A stretch of 64,000 bases of DNA from positions 36,627 to 100,626 of the IMG/VR virus record IMGVR_UViG_3300020205_001800; one strand, given 5' to 3'. The notes below the pieces were generated by a model, which did not search any database, was not told the origin of the DNA, and saw only the letters and a program-made list of their open reading frames with translations. Below are positions 29,517 to 38,855 of the stretch, one piece after another (the stretch's first letter is position 1; the number at the start of each line of letters is the position of its first letter). The stretch comes from a virus. The position numbers and the translations under genes are program-made.

Positions 29517-30431
29517 ATGAACTTCTTAGACGCTCCGATGCCGGAAATAACACCGGGCGCTACGTCATACTTCAGTGCACCCTCTCAAGAACTAGACCCA
29601 CGACTATTTGAAGGCACCCACCTTCAGTCGTGGGTTCGTTCTGGGGTATTAGGGCTATTGTTTGAACACTTAGCTTTAAATTATTCTAATCCCCATACTT
29701 GGACTAAAGCTTGGCTTGCAGGTTCTGGAGTCTCGTATCAATGGGAAGCAGCAAGAGAACCTGGCGACTTGGATTGCTTAATAGGAATAGATTACGTAAC
29801 TTTTCGCAGAGCAAACCCAGAATTTGTTGCGCTATCAGATCAAGAAATAGCATCTACTTTTAATGAACGATTTAATGCTGAGCTAACACCTAATACTCGT
29901 AACTGGGAAAGCTATGAGCTTACATTCTATGTAAACCCACAGTCAGACATACGAGACATCAACCCTTACGCAGCTTACGACCTTGTTGGCGATGTATGGA
30001 CAGTAGAACCTGATCAAAATCCACAACCACCGTATAGCCGTGATTGGGAACAAAGAACAGAACGAGATCGAGCAAACGCTCAAGAATTATTAGGCCGCTA
30101 CAACTCTGCTCTTAGAGAGGTTCGCTCAGCCACTAATCCAGCTCATCGGGTAAATGCTGACAGAAAGCTGCAGCTTGCAACAGAACAGGTTTCTAATTTC
30201 TATGACGATATTCATGCGGGACGTAAAGTAGCTTTTAGTAAAATTGGGGCAGGGTACTCCGACTATAACAATTATCGATGGCAAGCCGGTAAACGTTCCG
30301 GTGCAATACAGGCTCTTAGAACTATTAAAGAGTACAAAACAGCCACCACACTTAAGGAACAGCAAGAAAAGTATGGGGTGGAATTACCTGACGCGGACAC
30401 ATTACTACGGAGATCAATAAGAGGAAGTTAA
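29517..30431 (+). CDS. Pol-beta superfamily nucleotidyltransferase
   Basis: LAGSGVSYQW...GDLDCLI motif. Confidence 0.78.
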   Translation: MNFLDAPMPEITPGATSYFSAPSQELDPRLFEGTHLQSWVRSGVLGLLFEHLALNYSNPHTWTKAWLAGSGVSYQWEAAREPGDLDCLIGIDYVTFRRANPEFVALSDQEIASTFNERFNAELTPNTRNWESYELTFYVNPQSDIRDINPYAAYDLVGDVWTVEPDQNPQPPYSRDWEQRTERDRANAQELLGRYNSALREVRSATNPAHRVNADRKLQLATEQVSNFYDDIHAGRKVAFSKIGAGYSDYNNYRWQAGKRSGAIQALRTIKEYKTATTLKEQQEKYGVELPDADTLLRRSIRGS

Positions 30432-30896
30432 ATGGCTACAGCACTCGTTGCATTAGAAGGCGTACTTAAAACGGAAACAGGCGATCCAATCCCAGAAGGA
30501 ATAAAGCTTTATAGAATCCTCGCCGAACATTACCGTGTCGTCATTACGTCAGACATGTCCTGGCAAGCTACAGATCATTGGCTACGCTCTAACCTGATAG
30601 TTGGGTACGGAGATATCTATGATGATAGATACTTCTTTGAAGGACAAAACTTGCGCTCCAGGCACTTAGCTATAGCTAGGGCCCAAGGACGGGTTGATTT
30701 GTTCGTAGATGTTGATGCGGACTTCTGCGCTGAAGCGGCTTCTATGGGCATAACTACCCTATTATTTGCAAGCCCTAAATTTATACGTATGTCCCGCGAA
30801 GTCAAGCCTTGGCAAGAACTTACGGATGAAATTGACCGCCAACGCCAGGCTCTTCTAAATGCGTATCTCGGTAGCAATGAAAAGCGTTTTGAATGA
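30432..30896 (+). CDS. HAD-like protein with degenerate motif I
   Basis: VALEGVL...PIPEGIKLY...LFVDVD. Confidence 0.55.
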   Translation: MATALVALEGVLKTETGDPIPEGIKLYRILAEHYRVVITSDMSWQATDHWLRSNLIVGYGDIYDDRYFFEGQNLRSRHLAIARAQGRVDLFVDVDADFCAEAASMGITTLLFASPKFIRMSREVKPWQELTDEIDRQRQALLNAYLGSNEKRFE

Positions 30897-32404
30897 GCAT
30901 CGTATTTATGGGCGGAGAAGTACCGTCCCACAGACTACTTCTTATTGATGCCGGTGTCAAGAACATCAGCGTCAGCTACACGGGCCTAACTAAGCGTGGT
31001 CTGCCAAAGACCAAAGACTATCTATTATCAGAGAAGTACCCAGATGACGTGAAAATTTACGTTACTGCAGGAACCGCCGCCACATCCACCACCCTAAGTA
31101 CCAGGGAGCTCGAGGATCTAGCGGCTGGTTATGATGACTTTATTGCTATGAACTATGACCGTATTGAAGCGGCCGTAGAGTTCGACTCAGCAACCCTGGG
31201 GCAAACTTGGATTGCAGAGCAGCGACGCACGATTGGGTTTGAATTAGGCGATAAATACTGGCCGGTATGGCACGCCGATTCCAGTCATACGGGGCTTTTT
31301 GCGCTCTCTGAGCAATGGAAGAACGTAGCCATACTAGGAGAGACCATAGAAGCTGACGTTACGTTAGCCGGGCGTACAAGGGCCCTACAGAGTCAATTTG
31401 GAACTACCTTTCACGGGCTAGGTTGCGCTAAACCCGATAACCTTCGCCAGGTTCCCCTGGCAACTGCCAGCACATTATCGTGGCTTAGCCCAATGATGCG
31501 AGGCGAAACAATTGTATGGGATGGGACTAGACTAGTCCGATACCAAAAGAAACAAAAAGACCAAGCTCGTCCCCGTTATAAAGCTGTTATAGAAAAAGCA
31601 GGCTTGGACTTTGACAAGATTATGAATGATGATAGTAACGAGGTAACCCGCCTCGCTATTTGGAGCTACCTGCAGTTGGAGAAATCATTGGACAAGAAGA
31701 AGCCCGGCCATCTAACTATCGTTAATGAAGAGAAGTTATCTGATAACAGTGCAAACATAGATAGTCCAGGAGATGCGGAAACCCTAGGTGTAGATCCTGA
31801 TAACAGAGGGGTTGAGGTGCGGAAAGAATCTGGACTGGAACCTTCAAAAGTGACTCAAAGAGACCCGTCTGAAATGCTCAACTTACCAGTTTTCTCTATT
31901 TCCACTAAGACAATTGTTGACAAAGACGAGTCCGGCAGAGACGTTGTAAAAGATGTTTCAATTATGCAAAGTAACTCTACGTCATTACGACAATGCGACA
32001 CTTGCTTCGTAGCGGCTAATTGCCCAGCGTTTAAACCTTCTAACACATGTGCATTTAATTTGCCAGTTGAGGTAAAGACTAAAGATCAACTTAAGGGTTT
32101 ATTGAACGCAATCATCGAGATGCAGGGTGCTAGAGTCGCTTTTGCACGATTTGCAGAAGAATTGAACGGTGGTTATCCTGATCCAAATACAGGTCAAGAA
32201 ATTGATAGACTCTTTAAATTGGTAAAGAATGTTAAAGAACTTGAAGAAAATAAAGAGTTCGTAAGAATGACCGTAGAACGTCAAACCTCGGGTGGTGTAA
32301 TGTCAGCGCTGTTTGGAGATAGGGCAAATACTTTAAGAGAGATTCCAAACGGGGGCCTTTCTGAAGAAGAAACCACTAGAATTATCTCCGATCAACTCGA
32401 ATAG
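30893..32404 (+). CDS. TGT/DpdA-like TIM-barrel protein (degenerate) with C-terminal Cys cluster
   Basis: YWPVWH, FHGLG, VPLATASTLSW; CDTC..C..C. Confidence 0.55.
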   Translation: MSIVFMGGEVPSHRLLLIDAGVKNISVSYTGLTKRGLPKTKDYLLSEKYPDDVKIYVTAGTAATSTTLSTRELEDLAAGYDDFIAMNYDRIEAAVEFDSATLGQTWIAEQRRTIGFELGDKYWPVWHADSSHTGLFALSEQWKNVAILGETIEADVTLAGRTRALQSQFGTTFHGLGCAKPDNLRQVPLATASTLSWLSPMMRGETIVWDGTRLVRYQKKQKDQARPRYKAVIEKAGLDFDKIMNDDSNEVTRLAIWSYLQLEKSLDKKKPGHLTIVNEEKLSDNSANIDSPGDAETLGVDPDNRGVEVRKESGLEPSKVTQRDPSEMLNLPVFSISTKTIVDKDESGRDVVKDVSIMQSNSTSLRQCDTCFVAANCPAFKPSNTCAFNLPVEVKTKDQLKGLLNAIIEMQGARVAFARFAEELNGGYPDPNTGQEIDRLFKLVKNVKELEENKEFVRMTVERQTSGGVMSALFGDRANTLREIPNGGLSEEETTRIISDQLE

Positions 32405-32448
32405 CCTTACCTGATAACAGTCAATTTTTCTAGAGAAATGGGTACTTT

Positions 32449-34479
32449 GTGTTTTCGTTTAAACTTACAGAAGATTTCGTCAATTCCTACAAGGAAAAGA
32501 AAGTTCCTTGGGGCTATACAGATGCTGCCGGAAATTCTGTAGGGGAGATTACTTTTCTTCGCACCTACTCTCGTCTTAAAGAGGACGGAACCAAGGAAAC
32601 TTGGGCAGAAGTGTGCGAACGCGTAATCAACGGAATGTATTCCCTTCAAAAGGATCACGCTAAATCCCAGCGACTACCTTGGTCAGACTCAAAGGCACAG
32701 GCTTCAGCCAAAGAAGCCTACGATCGCCTGTTCCAACTTAAGTGGACTCCACCTGGTCGTGGACTATGGGTAATGGGAACTAATATCGTCAATGTTCAGA
32801 AGAATTCAGCCGCACTCCAAAACTGCAGCTTCGTGTCTACTAATGCGATGACAAAGATCGATCCATCCAAGCCTTTTGCCTTCCTAATGGAAGCCTCTAT
32901 GCTGGGAGTTGGGGTCGGCTTTGACGACAAGGGCGCAGACAAAGATTTTGTCATCTACAAACCACAACAAGGAGAAGAATATGTCATCCCCGACACCCGA
33001 GAAGGATGGGTCGAAAGCACATCCGCTCTCATCAATGCTTACCTACGAGCAGATACAAAGGCTCCAGTATTTCGTTACGAAGAAATTAGACCAGCAGGAA
33101 CGCCAATCAAAACCTTCGGCGGAACCGCTGCCGGAGCAGAACCTTTAATCAAACTTCACAACTATATCTCTAAGATCTTTGATAATAGAGAGGGCCAAAA
33201 ACTTACCCGCCGCGACATCGCGGATCTAGGAAATCTCATTGGCGTATGCGTTGTTTCCGGAAACGTTCGCCGCTCAGCAGAGCTCTTAATTGGCCGTATT
33301 GACGATGAGGACTTTCTGAACTTAAAGAATTCAGAGGTTTACCCAGAACGCAACAGTTACGATCCGGCCGCACCGGGCTGGGGATGGATGTCAAACAATT
33401 CTGTCGAGGTATCTGTGGGTCAAGACCTAACTCCCATCATTGATGGCATTGCCCGCAACGGTGAACCTGGCGTAATCTGGATGGACGTTACTCGTCAGTA
33501 CGGACGCCTGGCAGACCCAATCAACAACAAAGACTGGAGAGCCGCTGGATACAACCCTTGCGCTGAACAATCATTAGAGTCTATGGAATGTTGCACTTTG
33601 GTAGAGACATACCTTGGCCGTCACGATTCATTGGACGATTTTAAAAGAACCCTTAAATTTGCATATCTCTATGCCAAGACTGTAACTCTTCTTCCTACTC
33701 ACTGGGAGGAGACAAATGCGATCATGCAGCGCAACCGTCGTATTGGAACATCTATGAGCGGAGTTGCTAACTTTGCGGACAACAAAGGTCTGCCAATGCT
33801 CCGGAGCTGGATGGATGCTGGATACGAAACTGTAAAGAACTATGATAAGAGTTACTCTGAATGGTTGGGTATTCGTGAGTCCATCAAGATGACAACAGTG
33901 AAGCCTTCAGGCACCGTGTCAATCTTGGCGGGAGAATCTCCCGGAGTTCATTGGCCAGTAGGTGGACAATTCTTTATGAGAGCAATTCGCTTTGGTAATG
34001 ATGACCCTATGCTCCCATTGTTCAAAATGGCTAAATACAGAGTTGAGAAGGCATCTGAATCGCCCAAGACTACGTCGGTTGTATTCTTTCCGGTAAAGTC
34101 TGACGCCGTACGTTCCGAAAAGGACGTAACTATCTATGAGAAGATGGCTTTGGCTGCCACAGCACAGCGTTATTGGTCTGATAACTCGGTATCTGTAACT
34201 ATAAGCTTTGATCCCGAGACTGAGGCTCAACATGTTGGCACCGTACTGCATATGTACGACGGACAACTGAAGACCGTTTCATTCCTACCATCAGGTAACG
34301 CGGTATACCCACAAATGCCGTATACCCAAATTACCGAGGAAGAGTATGAAAAGGCAACTATGACTTTATTCCCTATTGACTTTACTGGAGTGTATGCTGG
34401 TATGGCGGCGGATGCGGTTGGTGAGGCGTACTGCACCACAGATGCCTGCGAAGTTAGATTGATCAAAGATAATAGATAA
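32449..34479 (+). CDS. nrdJ: Class II (B12-dependent) ribonucleotide reductase
   Basis: RTYSR, PPGRGLW, NC, GNVRRSA, NPCAEQ, TVKPSGT, C-terminal CTTDAC. Confidence 0.95.
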   Translation: MFSFKLTEDFVNSYKEKKVPWGYTDAAGNSVGEITFLRTYSRLKEDGTKETWAEVCERVINGMYSLQKDHAKSQRLPWSDSKAQASAKEAYDRLFQLKWTPPGRGLWVMGTNIVNVQKNSAALQNCSFVSTNAMTKIDPSKPFAFLMEASMLGVGVGFDDKGADKDFVIYKPQQGEEYVIPDTREGWVESTSALINAYLRADTKAPVFRYEEIRPAGTPIKTFGGTAAGAEPLIKLHNYISKIFDNREGQKLTRRDIADLGNLIGVCVVSGNVRRSAELLIGRIDDEDFLNLKNSEVYPERNSYDPAAPGWGWMSNNSVEVSVGQDLTPIIDGIARNGEPGVIWMDVTRQYGRLADPINNKDWRAAGYNPCAEQSLESMECCTLVETYLGRHDSLDDFKRTLKFAYLYAKTVTLLPTHWEETNAIMQRNRRIGTSMSGVANFADNKGLPMLRSWMDAGYETVKNYDKSYSEWLGIRESIKMTTVKPSGTVSILAGESPGVHWPVGGQFFMRAIRFGNDDPMLPLFKMAKYRVEKASESPKTTSVVFFPVKSDAVRSEKDVTIYEKMALAATAQRYWSDNSVSVTISFDPETEAQHVGTVLHMYDGQLKTVSFLPSGNAVYPQMPYTQITEEEYEKATMTLFPIDFTGVYAGMAADAVGEAYCTTDACEVRLIKDNR

Positions 34480-34519
34480 TAGTGTACGATTTCTACACCT
34501 ACTAGTACCGGGAGTTGCT

Positions 34520-34654
34520 ATGGAAGATCTAAACCCAGATCTATTTGATGAAGATTTCGAAGATGAGTTTGATGAACTTGACTTGGATGAGGATGACCTC
34601 GAAGATATAGAGGGTATGTTCCTCGAAGATGAAATTGAAGTTGGCGAAGGTTAG
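34520..34654 (+). CDS. 44-aa hyperacidic peptide (not in ORF track)
   Basis: 24 of 44 residues D/E, no K/R; SD GGGAG; TACGAT -10-like box upstream. Confidence 0.65.
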   Translation: MEDLNPDLFDEDFEDEFDELDLDEDDLEDIEGMFLEDEIEVGEG

Positions 34655-34681
34655 ACTACGCCCCACCCAACACAAACAATA

Positions 34682-34716
34682 AGCCCCCCACCGTAAGGTG
34701 AGGGGCTATTGTTTTA
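34682..34716. terminator. Terminator at the convergence of + and - transcription
   Basis: AGCCCC-cCACC-gtaa-GGTG-aGGGGCT + T-rich tail. Confidence 0.75.
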
Positions 34717-34830
34717 TTTACAAGTGCAGTTTCCGCAACCGCATTCAGTTTTAGGTGTTTCTTCAGTTTCTTTGATTTCTTTTAGGACATCACTAATTGT
34801 TTTAATTGGTAATACTGTTTCAAAGTCCAT
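34714..34830 (-). CDS. 38-aa protein with C-terminal CGCGNCTC (not in ORF track)
   Basis: MDFETVLPIKTISDVLKEIKETEETPKTECGCGNCTCK. Confidence 0.55.
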   Translation of the reverse strand: MDFETVLPIKTISDVLKEIKETEETPKTECGCGNCTCK

Positions 34831-34832
34831 AG

Positions 34833-35075
34833 TTATTCGTCCTTTGGTTCTTTGAATTGTGCAACTGCGGTCATAGATTTACCATCTTCAGACACTTCCC
34901 ATGGTAAACGACTGCGATCAATTTGCTCAGCTGCCCAACGTTTTGCTGGAGCTGCGCTAGAGAATGCGGCTGCTTTTAGAATAGGGCCGTTAATCTCATC
35001 ACTAACAATTGCTAGCCATGCCCCACCCTTATTTAAATTCTTGCGTACTGCAAAGAAGTAATTTACTTTTGCCAT
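34833..35075 (-). CDS. Hypothetical protein
   Basis: SD AAGGA. Confidence 0.7.
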   Translation of the reverse strand: MAKVNYFFAVRKNLNKGGAWLAIVSDEINGPILKAAAFSSAAPAKRWAAEQIDRSRLPWEVSEDGKSMTAVAQFKEPKDE

Positions 35076-35084
35076 ATTGTTTCC

Positions 35085-35342
35085 TTATCCTAGTTTGATA
35101 CCGTGCTCGGATAGGTCAAACCCTACCATCTTTAAGTCACGTTTGATATTTTTGCCTGCTCTGAAGTCTCCAAGCGATTGGCTACCGAAGAAGACGATCT
35201 TGCCTGTTTCTGGGTTACGTACCCGGATGTGTTTCTTGCCGGGGGTAACGCTTACCTCTAAACCTGCACCCTCAAGTGCAGATACTAGCTTTCTTATATG
35301 TTTATCACGTAGTTTTATACTTACCATAGCCAATATGACCAT
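35085..35342 (-). CDS. HicA-like toxin-fold protein
   Basis: LEGAGLEV...KKHIRV.NP.TG...DFRAGKNIKRDL. Confidence 0.6.
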   Translation of the reverse strand: MVILAMVSIKLRDKHIRKLVSALEGAGLEVSVTPGKKHIRVRNPETGKIVFFGSQSLGDFRAGKNIKRDLKMVGFDLSEHGIKLG

Positions 35343-35452
35343 AGTTGTTCCTTTCCCTAATTTATGAGGATATACTTATGCCGTAATCTCTTTTAGAACT
35401 AAGAGTTCACACCATTGATGGTGCCTCCGGAGTGCGTCCGGAGGCCTCACCA

Positions 35453-35647
35453 TTATTTCTTTAAGAACGTAATGTCTACGATAGCCGCATCTTCACCTGG
35501 GCGATTAAGGTCTGTGGTGGGGATCCACTCGCCTAGATTTTTATCGTATACCCATAGACACCAGTCGTTATCTTCCTTATCTATACGCCACTTAGCTATA
35601 TCAACTTCGTACGTAATCTGGACTTTATAGATTAGGTCATCTGCCAT
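35453..35647 (-). CDS. Hypothetical protein
   Basis: ATG at 35647 with GGGG SD preferred over 35704. Confidence 0.55.
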   Translation of the reverse strand: MADDLIYKVQITYEVDIAKWRIDKEDNDWCLWVYDKNLGEWIPTTDLNRPGEDAAIVDITFLKK

Positions 35648-35675
35648 GTATACCCCGATTGTTTGTGTTGGTGGG

Positions 35676-35900
35676 TTAGTGATTGTGTCCTTCGTAGTCT
35701 TCAATGACTGCCATTACGGCGTCATCTAGGTCGGTAACGAGCATTTCAATTTCATCGTCACTCCACCCCTCTACCATTTCTTTTGTTACGATGGATTTCC
35801 AGATTACAGTACTTGGGCCTCCTCCGCAACATCCGCATCCGTTGCCGCATGCTTCGTCACCAAACACTGTGCATTTGCATTCTTCGCACATTGTTGACAT
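35676..35900 (-). CDS. Hypothetical Cys-rich acidic protein
   Basis: SD AAGGAGG. Confidence 0.7.
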   Translation of the reverse strand: MSTMCEECKCTVFGDEACGNGCGCCGGGPSTVIWKSIVTKEMVEGWSDDEIEMLVTDLDDAVMAVIEDYEGHNH

Positions 35901-36061
35901 TATTCCTCCTTAGATGTAATGGAGATTCCAGTTTCTGTACGTATAGCCGTAATGCTGGGGAACCGGCTTTCAACAGCTTCTTTTGTTTCTTCGAAGGTAT
36001 TGAATTTACTCATGAGCTCATTGAGCTCCGCCATATCTGCTAAAGATATACCGCCTTTCAT
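35900..36061 (-). CDS. 53-aa hypothetical protein (not in ORF track)
   Basis: SD AAGGAGG; TAATG coupling at both ends. Confidence 0.65.
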   Translation of the reverse strand: MKGGISLADMAELNELMSKFNTFEETKEAVESRFPSITAIRTETGISITSKEE

Positions 36062-36531
36062 TATTCCTCCTTACTTTGTAGTTGGATAACTTCATCACCT
36101 TCTGGGCTATAGCAGGATGCCATAACTTTGAGGTGAAGTTCTTCACGCATCTTCTTGAAGGCTTCTTTAGGCCAACCAGATGCCATTACTTTCATCAACA
36201 GGGTGGTTAATGTATACGTTGGGTTGACGTTAAAGGCAAAAGATAGGGAATCTTTAACAGTCTGGTGGTCTTCCATTTCATATGCATACGCAGCAAGAAT
36301 TGTTGCAAAAGGAACAGCTTCTTGTGGGTCTGCTATATCTACAAGGCGTTTTAAGAGTGTTGCGCATTCCACCATTGAATAGTGAACAGGAATGCCTAAC
36401 AAGAAGTCTCTTACTTGTATATCATTGTTAACAGCAAATATAATCCGCTTGGCATCTTCTTCAAGCAGGTTATTTTTACCTACAGATTCACGCACTAATT
36501 CGCACGCTTCTCTTCTGGTTATTGTTGTCAT
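36061..36531 (-). CDS. DUF4192-like helical protein
   Basis: DIQVRDFLLG...ATILAAYAY...P.Y.L..LL...GWP. Confidence 0.6.
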   Translation of the reverse strand: MTTITRREACELVRESVGKNNLLEEDAKRIIFAVNNDIQVRDFLLGIPVHYSMVECATLLKRLVDIADPQEAVPFATILAAYAYEMEDHQTVKDSLSFAFNVNPTYTLTTLLMKVMASGWPKEAFKKMREELHLKVMASCYSPEGDEVIQLQSKEE

Positions 36532-36686
36532 TTTTCTTCCTCCTCTTTATCGAGTCCTAGCATTTCTAGGATATCTTCTGCACCCTTTGCAATTAGAAGG
36601 GCTTTTGCTTTTGCTTTATCCTCCGCCTTTAATGCCATGTCTAGGCGTAGGAGTTCTTCGCTGTATTTCAGCTCTTGCTTGGCCAT
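36528..36686 (-). CDS. 52-aa hypothetical protein (not in ORF track)
   Basis: TAATG and ATGA coupling. Confidence 0.6.
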   Translation of the reverse strand: MAKQELKYSEELLRLDMALKAEDKAKAKALLIAKGAEDILEMLGLDKEEEEK

Positions 36687-36877
36687 TACAAAGACGCCAT
36701 TAGTCCTGGGGCGTTATCTTGAGCCCATTCAGCCGGCTCAGAGATAGGCTCAATGGTTAGGTTTGCACCACCATCTGCTAACTCATCAGATGCGTAAAGT
36801 AAGAACATTTGCGCTGTCTCATAGTCGTTGTATGGACCAAATAGTGTTTCTGTTAGGCTATCGAATATAACGTACAT
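36686..36877 (-). CDS. Hypothetical protein
   Basis: SD AAAGGAG. Confidence 0.7.
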   Translation of the reverse strand: MYVIFDSLTETLFGPYNDYETAQMFLLYASDELADGGANLTIEPISEPAEWAQDNAPGLMASL

Positions 36878-36908
36878 TTTGTTGCTCCTTTGTCTTTGTT
36901 TGTGTTGG

Positions 36909-38843
36909 TTAGCGTCGCCCGCGCTTTTTGATTGCTGATGTAACTACCTGCTTTGCAAACGGTAGTAAATCAGAGGCGTTGTTGATACGAGCAAACACCT
37001 CAGCACCGTGATGGAATTGCTTTGGATCTTGCCCGCGATCGTCGACGAAGTAACTGTAATCACTGTCGTTCATAATCAGTGTCATGGCTGTAAGGATGCC
37101 ACGCTTGCCGATACGCTCAATGATTGCGTCATTTTTCTGTGAGTCAAACACACCGTCAGTTACCATGAACAGCATTTTGTTCTTCTTGCGAGAAGACATG
37201 AGTAACTGCTCTGCAACTAACAGCGTTGGGTATGGCTCGGTACCACCGTTGCCGTAGATGAACTTGTACTGAGTCTTGTCGGCTAACTCTTTGCGGGAGT
37301 AAGCAACCTCAGCTGAGTCATCGAAGGCATAGACAGTAACGGGCGCTTGAATTGACTCAAGAGCACGCTTGATAGTCCAGCAGGCGATGGAAGCCTTCTT
37401 ATCGTTCTGTTGACTGGACATTGATCCTGATCGATCCACTAGGATGACGGCCTCAATATCACATCCATCGTCGCCCTCATCCCAACGATCAAAGGCTGTA
37501 TCAATCTCACAGCCTCTGATTACACGTTGAACATTGAGTCTGCCGGTGGGTGTTTCTTTCTCCCACGTAGGCTCCATGTCATCGCGTAAACGTTGGAGTT
37601 CTTGAGCGAACTTACGGTAAGCAACGATTGATTCACTGGGGACAGAGGTCTTATCGAACTTGCCCTTCTTGGTAATGTCGTCGTGCTTACCATCTCCACC
37701 AACAATAACTTTCTGCTTGGCTTTGATGTCTGCTTGAACATCCTTGCGTGCAAGGACGTTGTCGATAGCTGTATTGAGCATGTCATTGATATTCTTAGGA
37801 ATACCGCCGACGCTATCAACGTGACCAGAACCTGGCGTTGTTTGAGGTGTCTGGTTGACACCCTTGTCACGCAGGTCTAGTGCTTGTTCTGGTGTGGTTG
37901 GTTGTAATGGAGCACCGTCTGCAGGCTTGTCACTGTTGCCATTACCATCAGCATCGTCAGCTTTGTCGGTTGGAGTACCGCATCCGCCGGGATGTGTTTG
38001 TGTTGGTGCAGGCTTGGGCTTTGGATGCCACGGTGCTTCTGCTGTACCCATACCCTTGGCACGATCAGAGTCTTTCTCTTGAGCCTTGCCAGGTTCAGGT
38101 CGTCCCTTGCCTACCGGCATGCGATGACCGCAACCGTTGGGACCACCTTGATGAGATATATCATCATAGATACCCATAGGTGCTAAGACTTCATCATTGA
38201 ATCGTTTAACTAATACCTTAGCTGTGTCGTAGTCGCGTGGGAACGCAAGCAAACGATACTGATCAATGATGTCGATGGCTGCTGGGATTACTTCAGGGAA
38301 TACGAACTCGTCGCGGAACGCCTGACGAATCTCAACAGGTAGGTAACGACGTCCGCGAATGCAGATGTAATTACCACGCATGTTGTCTGCATCTTTACCA
38401 AGCCACCTGGATACTGTGGCTGTGAGATAAGACGCAACGGCTGGATAACGTGCAACGAATAACGTCTCGATACGTTGATCTTCGAGGATATTAGTTGCTT
38501 GTATATAACCATTCTCTACAACCCACTGCATGAACGTCGTACCCTTGCGGGGCGAGTACAAGTGGTGGCTTAGCTCATGATAGTTAAGACCTGTAACTTG
38601 AGTTAATGTCTCAAGGTCCATGTCTTCAATCTGATCTAAGTTAATGTAGATGGATTGCCCGTCTGACCACGCTGGTGCGGGGCCGTCTGGCATCACATTA
38701 ACGATGACGGGGTCGCCAGTTAATACACGGTCACCTTGTTCGTAAACACGGCACAGTGCATTGAGTCGGACAGCACGTTCTTGTGCTTCTTCATCTCTGG
38801 CTTCCCTGTAACGATAACCATCGTCTAACTCTTCGTTATACAT
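36909..38843 (-). CDS. vWA (MIDAS) protein with N-terminal HExxH metallopeptidase-like domain
   Basis: HELSH...NILEDQRIE; DRSGSM, GGT, VTDG. Confidence 0.88.
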   Translation of the reverse strand: MYNEELDDGYRYREARDEEAQERAVRLNALCRVYEQGDRVLTGDPVIVNVMPDGPAPAWSDGQSIYINLDQIEDMDLETLTQVTGLNYHELSHHLYSPRKGTTFMQWVVENGYIQATNILEDQRIETLFVARYPAVASYLTATVSRWLGKDADNMRGNYICIRGRRYLPVEIRQAFRDEFVFPEVIPAAIDIIDQYRLLAFPRDYDTAKVLVKRFNDEVLAPMGIYDDISHQGGPNGCGHRMPVGKGRPEPGKAQEKDSDRAKGMGTAEAPWHPKPKPAPTQTHPGGCGTPTDKADDADGNGNSDKPADGAPLQPTTPEQALDLRDKGVNQTPQTTPGSGHVDSVGGIPKNINDMLNTAIDNVLARKDVQADIKAKQKVIVGGDGKHDDITKKGKFDKTSVPSESIVAYRKFAQELQRLRDDMEPTWEKETPTGRLNVQRVIRGCEIDTAFDRWDEGDDGCDIEAVILVDRSGSMSSQQNDKKASIACWTIKRALESIQAPVTVYAFDDSAEVAYSRKELADKTQYKFIYGNGGTEPYPTLLVAEQLLMSSRKKNKMLFMVTDGVFDSQKNDAIIERIGKRGILTAMTLIMNDSDYSYFVDDRGQDPKQFHHGAEVFARINNASDLLPFAKQVVTSAIKKRGRR

Positions 38844-38855
38844 GGTTTACCTTTC

